A stretch of DNA of 64,000 nt from a virus (Duplodnaviria; Caudoviricetes). The stretch spans positions 23,624-87,623 of the IMG/VR virus record IMGVR_UViG_3300032030_000047; one strand, 5' to 3'. The notes beneath the pieces were generated by a model. The model was given only the letters and a program-made list of their open reading frames with translations, was not told the DNA's origin and did no database searches. The position numbers and the translations under genes were made by a program. Numbering within the stretch: the stretch's first letter is position 1; each line of letters opens with the position of its first letter. Shown here piece after piece: positions 53,265 through 63,496 of this stretch.

Positions 53265-53698
53265 GCATACTCCTCTCTTTTTATTGTATAGGATGACATA
53301 ATTTCATCCGTGCGCGTAGCCTCAATATCATTGAGAGTTACGTTTGATATAGTGCGACCATAGTTCTTACCCAAGCTAGTGCATACTGCGTCGAAAGTAA
53401 TCTCATCATCGTCTACGAATGTAATAATCCACTCGCGGTCGTTCGGCTCTCGAATTACATCACCTGCGTGTACGCGTAGTGCGAGAAGTTCAGTACGCTT
53501 TTCCATCTTATCGAAGATAAACGCAGGCGGCGTATTACAAATTGTATTGAAGTTGGCAGTTCCAAATAGAAAGTCGCGGTCTGCTTTGCGCATATCATAG
53601 ATTTCGCGCAGAGCCTTGAAGGCACGCTCTGCGCCTTCCTCTTGTGCGTTTTGAATCCTAATTTCATCAATCGTAAGTTGCTGTTGTCCTGATGCCAT
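53255..53698 (-). CDS. Hypothetical protein
   Basis: AGGAG RBS after a promoter. Confidence 0.7.
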   Translation of the reverse strand: MASGQQQLTIDEIRIQNAQEEGAERAFKALREIYDMRKADRDFLFGTANFNTICNTPPAFIFDKMEKRTELLALRVHAGDVIREPNDREWIITFVDDDEITFDAVCTSLGKNYGRTISNVTLNDIEATRTDEIMSSYTIKREEYAWE

Positions 53699-53748
53699 TT
53701 AAACTCATCTCCTTTATGTAAATAGTATAGCATAATTTTGAGAGTATG

Positions 53749-54009
53749 TCAAGTATTTAGAAGTGTGATTGTGTAACCATACTTATCGTTGCCTTCAACC
53801 TTAAAGCCATTGCCATCCAAGAAATCTACCGTTTCAATATATGATTTAATATATATACCTTTATGCATTTCTGGATTTATAATCATACTAGCAAGTCCTA
53901 GTAAAAAGTCTTCTGCTATGTCAGAAAATGCTTCATCAAAGCCAAAAGTATCGGGAATATGTAATTTAAGCATAGTTAAACATTCTGATTTCCAATTTGT
54001 TAAACTCAT
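53749..54009 (-). CDS. Hypothetical protein, DFLDGNGF family copy 3
   Basis: Shares the FGF..AF and DFLDGNGF motifs with its two neighbours. Confidence 0.7.
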   Translation of the reverse strand: MSLTNWKSECLTMLKLHIPDTFGFDEAFSDIAEDFLLGLASMIINPEMHKGIYIKSYIETVDFLDGNGFKVEGNDKYGYTITLLNT

Positions 54010-54269
54010 TGCTGTTCCTCTTCGTATAAGTATGTAAGACTATACCAACCATCTTTGTATTTTTTTACAGAAAAACCATTGCCATCAAGGAAATCGACAT
54101 ATTCTTCATAATTTGGAATAGACATAGAGGCATGTTTTTCTATCATATAAAAAAGACTAGAAAGTACTTCCGTGCTTACGCGCGCGAAAGCTTGTTCGAA
54201 ACCTACGGTGGTAAGGCAATGGCGCTTAAGGTATTTAAGTAACATTGGACGATCTAAGTAACCTACCAT
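54006..54269 (-). CDS. Hypothetical protein, DFLDGNGF family copy 2
   Basis: Same motifs as 53749-54009. Confidence 0.7.
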   Translation of the reverse strand: MVGYLDRPMLLKYLKRHCLTTVGFEQAFARVSTEVLSSLFYMIEKHASMSIPNYEEYVDFLDGNGFSVKKYKDGWYSLTYLYEEEQQ

Positions 54270-54281
54270 TGGAATATCTCC

Positions 54282-54524
54282 TTATGCAAGTGTAATAGCA
54301 TATCCATCAGCGTTGTTTCCTTCTACTTTAAACCCATTGCCATCGAGGAAGTCAAGCTGCTCAGTATAGATAAATCTATGTGTTGGTTTATTATTATCAA
54401 TACAGTTCATTAAGTCGCGGATAACGAGCATAGAAGATTGCGCGAAAGCATATTCAAAGCCAAATTGATGAGGACAGTGCTGACGTATTATATCAAGTGC
54501 TATATCGCGCGTATAGTATTTCAT
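54282..54524 (-). CDS. Hypothetical protein, DFLDGNGF family copy 1
   Basis: Same motifs as 53749-54009. Confidence 0.7.
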   Translation of the reverse strand: MKYYTRDIALDIIRQHCPHQFGFEYAFAQSSMLVIRDLMNCIDNNKPTHRFIYTEQLDFLDGNGFKVEGNNADGYAITLA

Positions 54525-54709
54525 TTACAATCCTCCTCGCGCGCGAATACCTCTGTGCACTCGGGAAGGTTGGTAAATCTAACGCCGCAGAACCAACAAA
54601 ACTTAGGCGCCGCCGCAAAGTGAATAAGGCATTCGGGACATTCGTAATGGTCTGGTTTCTTGAGTAGGTTAGTCTTGATGTTAGTGGGTTCGGTTAGATG
54701 GGTTAGCAT
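54521..54709 (-). CDS. Zinc-ribbon protein
   Basis: CPEC...CWFC. Confidence 0.65.
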   Translation of the reverse strand: MLTHLTEPTNIKTNLLKKPDHYECPECLIHFAAAPKFCWFCGVRFTNLPECTEVFAREEDCK

Positions 54710-55170
54710 TTTAAAGCCTCCTTATTATAAATACGTCCTTTTTCTAGTGCCTGAGAAATCATATTTCTGGAAAAATCATCTTTGATTTGGTCGCAGTAAA
54801 AGCGCTGTTCTTCTTTGGAAGCGGTTGAAAGCAGAACCGTTAGAATCTGTATCGCGGCAAGAGCTAATAGTTCTTCTTCTGGAGTATTGATGGGGATAGT
54901 ATTTTTTGGAAGAAACCAAATACATACTTCACCATTCTCGCGCCATTGATTTACCTTATCTTGTATGATAGTTTCATATGCTTCGATATAATTATCTGGT
55001 TTGGTGCTATTGATATATTTGTCTATTAGATATTGTGCAATGCATTGACCTTTCGCGGTCATGCCATATCTTTTTTTAACAATATGGCGCCGATAAATAA
55101 GTTCGTGTAGGATTGATTTTATTGTGTGTAATAGTTTCATTTTATACTCCTCTGCGGCAGAATGTCGCAT
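54703..55170 (-). CDS. Hypothetical protein
   Basis: Long clean ORF in an operon. Confidence 0.6.
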   Translation of the reverse strand: MRHSAAEEYKMKLLHTIKSILHELIYRRHIVKKRYGMTAKGQCIAQYLIDKYINSTKPDNYIEAYETIIQDKVNQWRENGEVCIWFLPKNTIPINTPEEELLALAAIQILTVLLSTASKEEQRFYCDQIKDDFSRNMISQALEKGRIYNKEALKC

Positions 55171-55428
55171 TATATTGTTAAATTAAGTTACATTATCTTT
55201 TAAATAGTGAGCCATGCAGATAGCTTTTATAATAGCTTCTTCAATGTCATCTGATTTAGTTTCCCTTTGATATTCGAGAAGTTTATCAAATACGTATTGG
55301 TTAACTTCAATTGTTATTTTTTCGTTCATTTTTATTTCCTTCCGCGGCAGAGTGCCACGTCAGTGGCACGCGTGCCGCCATATATTTTTTATTTATATCT
55401 TTCTTATATATTTATATATATTTTTTAC

Positions 55429-55560
55429 TGTAGTCAAAATGAATGTCCTATGTAGTCAAAATGACTTTCTATGTAGTCATTTTGAATGCTTTCTATGTAG
55501 TCAAAATGACAGCAATGATGATTTTATGTAGTCATTTTGAATGCTATCATTTTGACTACA
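55429..55560. repeat. Iteron-like array: six 14-bp TGTAGTCA(AAA/TTT)TGA units, the last inverted
   Basis: Copies start at 55429, 55451, 55472, 55496 and 55527, with an inverted copy at 55547; AT-rich tract 55380-55428 adjacent. Confidence 0.8.
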
Positions 55561-55900
55561 TTCGCGGGCCGTTTGGATGAAAGGTATAAAGATTTTTCTT
55601 TCCAACTTCTTGAACTATATAACCCAATTGTTCTAATCGTTTGAAAGCTCTTTGTCCAGTACTCTCACTCAGTCCAAAATCCTTTGTAAGCGTTGCTGGA
55701 GAATACCATACGTATCCATTATTTGCCCATTTATAACAGTATAACCATACTTTCAATTCGTTTCCGCTAAGTTCTCTAAATATAGGATATAATTTATCCC
55801 AAGATAAAGAATGTAAAAAGTCTGTTTCTCCGGGTTGGTTGTGAAAATAACTTGCTTCCGCCGCAGAGATTTCTAATCGCTTTTGATTATCAAAGTTCAT
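55547..55900 (-). CDS. Winged-HTH replication-initiator-like protein
   Basis: LSGNELKVWLY...SPATL..DFGLSEST..RAFK.LE..GYI; ends inside the repeat array. Confidence 0.6.
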
Positions 55901-55931
55901 TGAGTTTCACCCCGTGTTTTGTGTTATTTTA

Positions 55932-56099
55932 TTATTGTGCTGTTAGTTCCTCTACCGCCTTCCGTAATTCTACTGTTTCTTCAAAGTAATAAACATTTAG
56001 ATTAGGATAGCGGCGATTTGGCGCGATTTTTACTACCACGAAACCACGCCGTTCTAACTTACGAGTCAGTTTTCTAGAAAAAACTGGGTATAGTGTCAT
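55932..56099 (-). CDS. Small basic hypothetical protein (55 aa)
   Basis: VFSRKL...L..RGF......PN......VYYFE.T.EL pattern; GGAG RBS. Confidence 0.65.
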   Translation of the reverse strand: MTLYPVFSRKLTRKLERRGFVVVKIAPNRRYPNLNVYYFEETVELRKAVEELTAQ

Positions 56100-56105
56100 T
56101 TAGTG

Positions 56106-56306
56106 TCACTCCTTTACAATTGCTTCAATCGTCTGTAGAATATGTGTCAAGCCATCTCTTATTGCCATAGTCTTACTACCATTTGGAAGTCCTTGTCCCG
56201 ATATATATTTTATTATTGCCGCTGGCGAACAATGACATTCGCGCGCAAGCAGCGGAATAGAAAATCCAAAATCGCGTAAACGTTTTAGCGCCTCGACTTC
56301 GTGCAT
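56106..56306 (-). CDS. XRE-like HTH protein
   Basis: GGAGGTG RBS; LARECHCSPAAI..YISG. Confidence 0.6.
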   Translation of the reverse strand: MHEVEALKRLRDFGFSIPLLARECHCSPAAIIKYISGQGLPNGSKTMAIRDGLTHILQTIEAIVKE

Positions 56307-56471
56307 TTTATCACCTCCATATGATTAGTAGTAAGATTATAATTCAACTTAGATATTTTCTTCGATTTTTTTATTTTGTTTTTACTATAAAAAATATATA
56401 AAAAACTATATAAAAAGGGTAGACCTTCCCTGTCTACCCATATTATACCACAAAATTATTCAATTGTCAAA

Positions 56472-56804
56472 TCATAGCACTTCCGTAAGAATCCTAAACC
56501 GCGCGAACATATTCCCCTCAATAGTAACTTCAACGGGCTTGTTCTTCAATTCACTAACGTAATCTACTTTCGCATCCTTCATAATACTAGCAATTTCATC
56601 TACCAATTCCGTAATAGCCTTTTCGCGCTCGTCAGGCGTATCCCACCTGCACTCATCTGATATATTAACAGTATACCTGCTACCAGTGCCAACACCAGTA
56701 CCATCACTAAGACTAAAAGTTAGTTGTAGTCCAAATAGAAAGGGGTAATCGCGCACAAAGCCAAACCGTACACTATCTATCTTTCCCAAAACCTTTCCGT
56801 TCAT
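56472..56804 (-). CDS. Hypothetical phage protein
   Basis: Clean ORF; GAGGT RBS. Confidence 0.7.
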   Translation of the reverse strand: MNGKVLGKIDSVRFGFVRDYPFLFGLQLTFSLSDGTGVGTGSRYTVNISDECRWDTPDEREKAITELVDEIASIMKDAKVDYVSELKNKPVEVTIEGNMFARFRILTEVL

Positions 56805-56808
56805 TTCG

Positions 56809-57192
56809 TTACCTCAAATCCGCAATACTCTCAACAAAGCAATTGTAGTAAATATAGCGCTTTCCATCAAAATCAAACTTAACATAGCCGCCATCGTTCT
56901 GCTCAATATCAATGCGGCCTTCGTACTGCGCCAACACTCTTCCATCTGCCGTATAAATAGTTACGGTGCGTTCAAGTCCATTAGAAAGGTTCGCGCGCTG
57001 ATCCGTCAATGCGCGACTTCCCGCCGCAGTACTTCCATAGTACCAGAATCCTGCGCCAAATATTAGCACTACTAGTATAATACCCACCATAATCGAAAGT
57101 GCTTTCTTTTCCGTAAGCGCCCATATTGCTCCTGCGCCAACTACTGCAACTATACTTAGCAAAATACATATAACCCAACCGCCAATCGTCAT
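56809..57192 (-). CDS. Membrane-anchored hypothetical protein
   Basis: Two TM helices then RTVTIYTADG; AGGAGG RBS. Confidence 0.7.
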   Translation of the reverse strand: MTIGGWVICILLSIVAVVGAGAIWALTEKKALSIMVGIILVVLIFGAGFWYYGSTAAGSRALTDQRANLSNGLERTVTIYTADGRVLAQYEGRIDIEQNDGGYVKFDFDGKRYIYYNCFVESIADLR

Positions 57193-57206
57193 TCTATGTC
57201 CTCCTA

Positions 57207-57440
57207 TTATTTTACTTCTCCCTAAAGCTGCCGCAATGCCGCTCTAAACTCCTCAGATACTGAAGTATCAGTATCTTCATCCTCAATAGGCAGGCTCGGC
57301 CGCCCAGTAAGCATTTCCTCATAGTTAGTAAAAACGCTATCACAAAATATACAGGTTTCGCGCAAGCAAGGTTGTCTCACCCTACATTCGCTGCAATACC
57401 ATACGCCATCGTCTCTTAACTTCAACTTCGCAATCATCAT
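57207..57440 (-). CDS. Zinc-ribbon protein
   Basis: CSEC...CIFC; extends 5 codons past its TAG. Confidence 0.65.
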
Positions 57441-57561
57441 ACCTACTTACCTCCTTTTCTACCTTTATTATACTCCAATTTTTATCCAATGTCAAATAAA
57501 AGTACCCTATCTTTCGATAGGGTACCAAGGAGGTAGATAAATGTTTGCCCCCAGATTCAGG

Positions 57562-58053
57562 TTAATCCCAGAGCCAGCCTCTTGCGGCTAAGGCTCCGAG
57601 TTCTGTATATACAAAGCGCGTAAGCGCTTCTTTCCACGTATCCGCGTTCGTTCCCATTAGCGCAATGCGGGCTCGCGCGAATAGCCTTTCCACCTGTGCA
57701 TACTCACTATGCAATTCTTCCACCAATGCAGGAACAGACTCGTCCTCCGAATGCGCATACTCCCATAACTTAGCGAACTCGCGCAGATACTCCCTATATG
57801 TTTCCATATTGGGACACTCCTCCGACTCCGGATAGCCGCACGCTCGGTCTGCAAGCTCTCTCAACATTGAAGGCACCAATTCGCAAAGGTACATATCCAT
57901 ATTCCATAGATCAACCCACGCCCATCCGTATCTCATTCGGTGCCATGCATTCTTCGCGCCAATCCATAGTTCCTTCACAAAGCAAAGCGGGTGGGTTAGG
58001 TAATAGGATTTTCTATAACTAAAAACACATAGACTAATAGGCTTTGTATTCAT
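57562..58053 (-). CDS. Hypothetical phage protein
   Basis: Start MNTKPI with GAGGAG RBS; DLWNMD.YL...GYP...WLWD pattern. Confidence 0.7.
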   Translation of the reverse strand: MNTKPISLCVFSYRKSYYLTHPLCFVKELWIGAKNAWHRMRYGWAWVDLWNMDMYLCELVPSMLRELADRACGYPESEECPNMETYREYLREFAKLWEYAHSEDESVPALVEELHSEYAQVERLFARARIALMGTNADTWKEALTRFVYTELGALAARGWLWD

Positions 58054-58060
58054 AATGAAA

Positions 58061-58273
58061 TTACTCCTCTTTAACTGTTCTATAGATTTCAAGCGCCAAC
58101 TCCTCCAATCCTTTCCTGACCTACGCTTGCTTCTCCTCACTAATGCCGCTTCCGGTCTTCATAAACTAATTAAGTTGCGGCTGTGTGATGCCGCAATAAA
58201 CAGCCAACGTGCGCTATGGGATATTAGGGCCATCGTTAGCATTCAAATCTAACAAGATACTCTATAAAGACAT
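58061..58273 (-). CDS. XRE-like HTH regulator (70 aa, 4 TAG)
   Basis: GAGGTG RBS; P*RTLAVYCGITQPQLN*FMK. Absent from the ORF track. Confidence 0.7.
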
Positions 58274-58571
58274 ACTATCACCTCGATAGATTTGTACCTA
58301 AATGGCACTAAGTTTTGGGTTTTCGCTACGTACATCTCGGTACGAAATAAAAGAGAAGAAAAAGAAATGAAATTGCGAAATTTTCTGGTACAGTGGGAGG
58401 GGCGGAATACTAAAAATTTAGGGGTGTCAGGGAATTTTCACGAGGGAAGGGGTCGTTTAGATGAGTGTGCGCCAAATTTTCGTAATTGTCAAATATTTTT
58501 CTTATTTTCTCTTTTTCTTTTTTATTATATCATATAAATTGAGAAAAGTCAAGTATTTGACAAAATTTTTT

Positions 58572-58660
58572 GTAGTAAAAAAAAGTGGTGGTATTTTTCC
58601 CCCCTTATATAAATATACCCTTTTCGGGTAGTAAAAAAATACCACCGAAAATGTACCACA
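58572..58660. promoter_or_regulatory. Operator-like repeats in the divergent control region
   Basis: Perfect 12-bp inverted repeat GGTGGTATTTTT/AAAAATACCACC (58587-58598, 58635-58646); direct repeat GTAGTAAAAAAA x2. Confidence 0.55.
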
Positions 58661-58744
58661 AAAATAATTTTTTAGGAGAAAATATGATAGTTCTTTACTA
58701 GCTTAGTTACATATATAATAGCAGGATTAGTCAGCTGCAACAAT

Positions 58745-58773
58745 TTGACTACCACTTAAATTTATGATATAAT
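58745..58773 (+). promoter_or_regulatory. sigmaA-type promoter for the helicase
   Basis: TTGACT-17-TATAAT followed by a GAGGTG RBS. Confidence 0.8.
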
Positions 58774-58792
58774 AAAATAGAGGTGAGAAGTA

Positions 58793-60112
58793 TTGTCAAC
58801 TTATTTATCATAGATAATTACGGATGATGATTTATCCAAGATTAGTCCTGGCGCATTTAATATAATAAAGGCGCCAATAGGTTCCGGGAAAACTACTTTT
58901 ATGTTTGATGAACGTATATTAGCCTTCGCGCGAGAACGAAAGCATGTTTTGTACTTAATTTAGAATAAGCCTACCCGTCAAATGATAGCAGAATTACATC
59001 CTGATAAGGCAAAAGTTTTTGCCGATAATAATTACAATGGTTGGTTTGACCATCGCCGCAAAGGTATTTGGACTACCGAAGAGGATGAGAATTATGTACA
59101 TGTTATGTGTTACTAGACTTTCGCCGCCTTGCTGCGTAATGAGGGGACGGAGTGGTTAGAGGATATTGACCTGATAGTCTGGGATGAGTTTGATGATATC
59201 AAGTAGTTTTATAATTCTGAAATTGAGAAACTGCGTAAAATGCTACCAGATTTCTCACCAGAACTACTGGCGGATATTTTAAGGAAAGGCAATCCCAAGT
59301 CTGTGGTAAATTTTATATACCAAATTAAAACTATAATTCTAGACCCGGGGTAGATTACGTTAATTGCGGTTTCCGCTACTCCAGAATGTGCAGCTTTACT
59401 TTTTGAATCTTATATTAACTATATAATTTCGGGAGAGATTGAGGCTCGTTATGTGGCAAAACACACTGAGTGGATTCAAAATGTAATTGCAGCTGCAAAG
59501 GACGGAATGTTTCAGCATGATGGCCGTAAGTACTGGTGCTATACTAAGTTTGTGCATGATGCACTCGCACTTGAAGCTGTTTTGCGGCCATGGGGTTTTC
59601 ATCCTATAGTACTATGGTCAGAGAATAACTAGACTTATGCGGATCTGTATACATCAGAAAAGAAAGAAGTAGAGAAAGAAATTGTTAAAAATGGTCTAGT
59701 ACCTGCGAAGTATGATTTCGTTATCACTACTGGCGTGCTTGGCCGCAGCGTCAATGTATTTGATTAGACCTATTAGGACTGGATTTGTAACTCTGATGAT
59801 TATGAAGATGTTCACCAGTTTTTGCGCGCGAGGTTTTCACCAGAGCGTCAGTACTTATTAGAAAGTGCACGCGGCCTAGTGTCTTTTGTGTAGCATGGAT
59901 TTCCAGCTATTTATAGTGAATGGCATACAATTGATGAGATGAAAGGGCTGCTAGATAAGTATCCATTATATACAACTGATGTAACACCTAAACGTATTAA
60001 AACCTTAGCTGCTTTAACCGCAGCTTATCCTGATAGAATAGAAAAGCGCCGCTATGGTGCGGCGCATCGTATACAATATAGAATTACAGGAGATGATAAG
60101 AATGATGTATAA
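58793..60112 (+). CDS. Superfamily 2 (DEAD/DEAH-like) helicase (439 aa, 9 TAG)
   Basis: APIGSGKTT, CY*TF, LIVWDEFDD, SAT, TTGVLGRSVN, QFLRAR; TTG start. Absent from the ORF track. Confidence 0.85.
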
Positions 60113-60431
60113 GCGCATATTAACTACAACCTATAAGAACTAGACTATACAATAGGTAGAAGAAAATATCTTGGCTTTGTTTAATAATTTGACAGCAAAT
60201 AATTTTCCAGTAATTGGATTTATTTATGAACCGCATTGCGGTTTATGGATGATCTCTGGAGCCAATGAAATAGATATGCTGCATAAGCAAATGCCATCTG
60301 CAGCTTGTCAAGTATTTGACTTTGATAAATATGTATCCAATTTAAAAGAGACAGATATTTTCTGGATGGTTGACTTAACAGATTCTAAAGTGAGCCTGAA
60401 AAGGTGGTATAAAAATCGTAGTGAATTTTGA
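60102..60431 (+). CDS. Hypothetical protein (109 aa, 2 TAG)
   Basis: AGGAG RBS overlapping the helicase end. Confidence 0.6.
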
Positions 60432-60472
60432 AAAAATATTAGGGGTAGGCATTGCGCCTACCCCTTTTATTT

Positions 60473-60700
60473 TTATTCATATGTCGCCACTACCCTCATA
60501 TCCTTAATCTCCAGCTTGCTTGCGTTATAAACCTCAAGCAAATCAATGTACCGATACATTGTAATATCGAACAGGTCAGGCCGCCCCGTGGCCTGCGCAG
60601 CCTCGTAGGCTTCCATCCAGCTCGCATACAGCTGGTCATCATATACCAGCTCACACTCGTTACATACAGGGTTTACATAGTCCAGCGCGTAATACTCCAT
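60473..60700 (-). CDS. Small acidic hypothetical protein
   Basis: GAGGAG RBS and own promoter. Confidence 0.6.
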   Translation of the reverse strand: MEYYALDYVNPVCNECELVYDDQLYASWMEAYEAAQATGRPDLFDITMYRYIDLLEVYNASKLEIKDMRVVATYE

Positions 60701-60826
60701 CTTTCCAGCTCCTCTCTTTCTTTCTGTAAAAATTATACCGTAATTTTGGAAAAAAGTCAAATATGTATACTGTATACAGCCGGCGTATTAAAAAAAGGAC
60801 TGCTCGCGCAGTCCCGAGAAAATGAA

Positions 60827-61315
60827 TTAAGCCTTAGTGTAATAGGACTTCTTGTCGCCGTCCTTAGTGGAAACGGTCAGCACACCAGCCTTTACAAGAC
60901 GCTTAGCGGCGGAACCGATCTGCATAACCAGCACATTCGCAGGCAGCTGGCCAGCCAGCGCATTGAAAATGTCAGTCGCAGTATACTCGGTGAAAGCAGG
61001 CAGCGCAGTGATCTTGGCATCCAGCTCATCGCGCTTGGCCTGAGCTTCGGGGTTCGGGCCCTTTACAACCTTGGGCTTTGCGGCACGCTCAGCGGCACGG
61101 AGAGCACCTTCAGCTTCCCAAGCCTTGTACTCGGCTACGGCAGCATCGTAATTAAAAGCATTGTGGTTCTTGGTGTCCTTGGACAGCGCAGTCTGCACTG
61201 CAATCTTGACGCATCCTTCATCAGTCGGGATAACGATAAAGTTGGTCTTGTTCTGACGAGCCATGGTGGCGCCTTCGATACTCATGATTACATTCTTTAC
61301 TTCGTTGATATTCAT
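60827..61315 (-). CDS. Probable abundant DNA-binding protein with a C-terminal winged helix
   Basis: Strongly biased codons (AAG, C-ending), no TAG; YTATDIF...IGSAAKRLVKAGVL...KKSYY. Confidence 0.6.
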   Translation of the reverse strand: MNINEVKNVIMSIEGATMARQNKTNFIVIPTDEGCVKIAVQTALSKDTKNHNAFNYDAAVAEYKAWEAEGALRAAERAAKPKVVKGPNPEAQAKRDELDAKITALPAFTEYTATDIFNALAGQLPANVLVMQIGSAAKRLVKAGVLTVSTKDGDKKSYYTKA

Positions 61316-61427
61316 TCTTTACTCCTTTTTCTCTGGTTTAGTTACGGCAGACCAGCCTGCACAATTTTTTATTCTTGTTCCCTTGGAACACTTATATTAT
61401 AGCAGAAAATTTTGAAAAAGTCAAGTA

Positions 61428-61619
61428 TTAGGCGAGGTCATATCGTTCCAAAATTTTGATTACCTGAGTTTCATCTTTCGCGGCGAAAGTCATAGGCACC
61501 GCCAGCGTTTCGTTGTGGCATTTGATGTTACCGATAGAGCAGCCAATGCGCTCATAGATGTAATTGATGAGGTAGCGGCCGATCTGATTGCGTGGGAAGT
61601 AATACGTTCTCGTGACCAT
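61428..61619 (-). CDS. Hypothetical protein
   Basis: GGAG RBS and own promoter. Confidence 0.65.
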   Translation of the reverse strand: MVTRTYYFPRNQIGRYLINYIYERIGCSIGNIKCHNETLAVPMTFAAKDETQVIKILERYDLA

Positions 61620-61993
61620 AATTACCAGCTCCTTTTCTCTTTTTCTATAATAATTATACACGAAATTTGCGCGAAAGTCAAATGTTTGATTTTATTTTCT
61701 CTGGCGGAGCCTCGAGATTACACGACAACGAATTTCCAGCTTGCGGCGGGTCGCGCTATTCCCTGCAGCTCACCGAACATTGCAGCTCACCGCGGGCCAA
61801 AAATCGGTGGATTTAATTTTGCGAGGTTCCAGCTCGTATGAGGTTTCCAGCTTGCAGCTTGTGGCGTATAATCTCGGGGCGTCGACGGAAGTTCCAGCTT
61901 TTCCAGCTTATTTGTATACTGTATACAGGGCCGGCGTGCTTCCTTATGTGCGGCGGGGCCTTATGGGTAAAGGCTCAGACCAGAAATCGGTGC

Positions 61994-62032
61994 CGTAACA
62001 CTTTTGTAACAGAATTGTAACAGAAATGTAAC
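61994..62032 (+). promoter_or_regulatory. Four tandem (T/C)GTAAC hexamers at 11-bp period (WalR/OmpR-type box)
   Basis: CGTAAC-N5-TGTAAC-N5-TGTAAC-N5-TGTAAC, just upstream of TTGACA at 62044. Confidence 0.6.
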
Positions 62033-62130
62033 AATTTCGGTACTTGACAACTTGACATAGATGTGATAATATGGTAGTGGTGGGAGAGGTGCTTTTGCGC
62101 CGGCTGAGATTTTAGCCGGCGGGAAGCCCA

Positions 62131-62385
62131 TTAGAGGGCTTCCCAAACTTCGTCTGTGATATATTTGATATATGCCTTACCGAACTCCTGTACAAGATAA
62201 TCGCGGCATTCATCTGTTAACTGAGAACCATAAGTAAGGTAGTCCAGTCCTTTGGCTTCAAGGCAAGCCATAACTGCATTATCTCTACTCAACTCATCTA
62301 AAGAGAAGTTATATTGATGACTATAGATTTCCACGGCATTTTCAAAATCGTACTTGTCAAATTCAAATTCAATAGTGATTTTCAT
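62131..62385 (-). CDS. Hypothetical protein
   Basis: AAGGAAG RBS; own promoter. Confidence 0.6.
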   Translation of the reverse strand: MKITIEFEFDKYDFENAVEIYSHQYNFSLDELSRDNAVMACLEAKGLDYLTYGSQLTDECRDYLVQEFGKAYIKYITDEVWEAL

Positions 62386-62552
62386 TATTTTACTTCCTTT
62401 CTGGTTTGCGATGTTTTCCTTCATCTTTCATGTGTATTATAGCATATAATATGTTACAAGTCAACTGTTATTTTATTACATTTTCATTACGGGCCGGCTT
62501 GTACCTAGCCGGCGAAACTTTCTCACGGTAAAGTGAAAAAGTCCGCATCTTA

Positions 62553-63005
62553 TTAATAAATATCATCAATTGTAGGTACGCTTTCCCAAGTTTTTATAAT
62601 CTTATATCTAAATCCATATTCAGTTCCTCTATTCGACCATCCAACTTCAACTTCTTCAGATTGATTGGTATCAATCAACACAATATCCAACCGATCATTA
62701 TAATATCCGTTCTGTTCGTTGTAACAAGGCACAAAAAATTTATGATCCTGCCCGCAGATACGAATACCAGTACGAGTTTTGCGATTACTGCGCTCTTCAA
62801 TAGTAAGATCGGAAAAGTCTACATTCTTAATTCCTGTTTCATCCTTGAGATAATCCCAATCGGCATATACATGTTCGCAACAGTCCTGCATATGAGAATG
62901 GGTAAGAATAAGTCCATCATCAAAGAGAATACCGCCTTCAACATCAATAGGACACTTATTCAGAATAGCTTCGGTTCCATTCAAAAACTTCTTAATCTTT
63001 CTCAT
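62553..63005 (-). CDS. Conserved phage hypothetical protein
   Basis: HSHMQDCCEHVY...CYNEQNGYY motif. Confidence 0.75.
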   Translation of the reverse strand: MRKIKKFLNGTEAILNKCPIDVEGGILFDDGLILTHSHMQDCCEHVYADWDYLKDETGIKNVDFSDLTIEERSNRKTRTGIRICGQDHKFFVPCYNEQNGYYNDRLDIVLIDTNQSEEVEVGWSNRGTEYGFRYKIIKTWESVPTIDDIY

Positions 63006-63107
63006 CTTTTGTTCCCCTTCCTTTCGGCTGATAATTATATTATACTCACATATCAGAAAAAGTCAATAGGTAAAATGTTACAATTTTGTTAAATCGTGCC
63101 GGCACAG

Positions 63108-63332
63108 TTAGCGCTTGCTAACTGTATATACCTCATAGCGCCAATAGACTACACTATCGGGTGTGTATTTCACAAGATACAATGCGCCATTGCACCATAT
63201 AGTTTTTCCTACTTCATGAATGGCGCAAAGGATGGCATAATCTGGGAGGGAAGAAAAATACTCATCGGGATAATACATACGCTCACCAGTAGGCGAGACA
63301 ATAGCGACGCGCTTGATTTTATTACGTCCCAT
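63108..63332 (-). CDS. Hypothetical protein
   Basis: Start MGRNKI with GAGGAGG RBS. Confidence 0.6.
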   Translation of the reverse strand: MGRNKIKRVAIVSPTGERMYYPDEYFSSLPDYAILCAIHEVGKTIWCNGALYLVKYTPDSVVYWRYEVYTVSKR

Positions 63333-63334
63333 AT

Positions 63335-63496
63335 TTATTCCTCCTCGCAAAGATATGACCAAAAGATAAAGCCTGGGTTTTCGGATTCCAACTGATAACA
63401 AAGTTCTGCGGCGCGCTCTTCTGAATCGACAATCAAATAAGGACTCGCGCAATCGGTGTCTTCAAGTTCCTGCATAATAACCCATTTATATTTCAT
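63335..63496 (-). CDS. Hypothetical protein (53 aa)
   Basis: ATGA-coupled; MKYKWVIMQELEDTDC. Confidence 0.55.
   Translation of the reverse strand: MKYKWVIMQELEDTDCASPYLIVDSEERAAELCYQLESENPGFIFWSYLCEEE

Noticed and set aside
60452-61402. 316-aa plus-strand ORF
   Set aside because: Antisense shadow of the codon-biased 60827-61315 gene and its neighbour; no RBS or recognisable motif.
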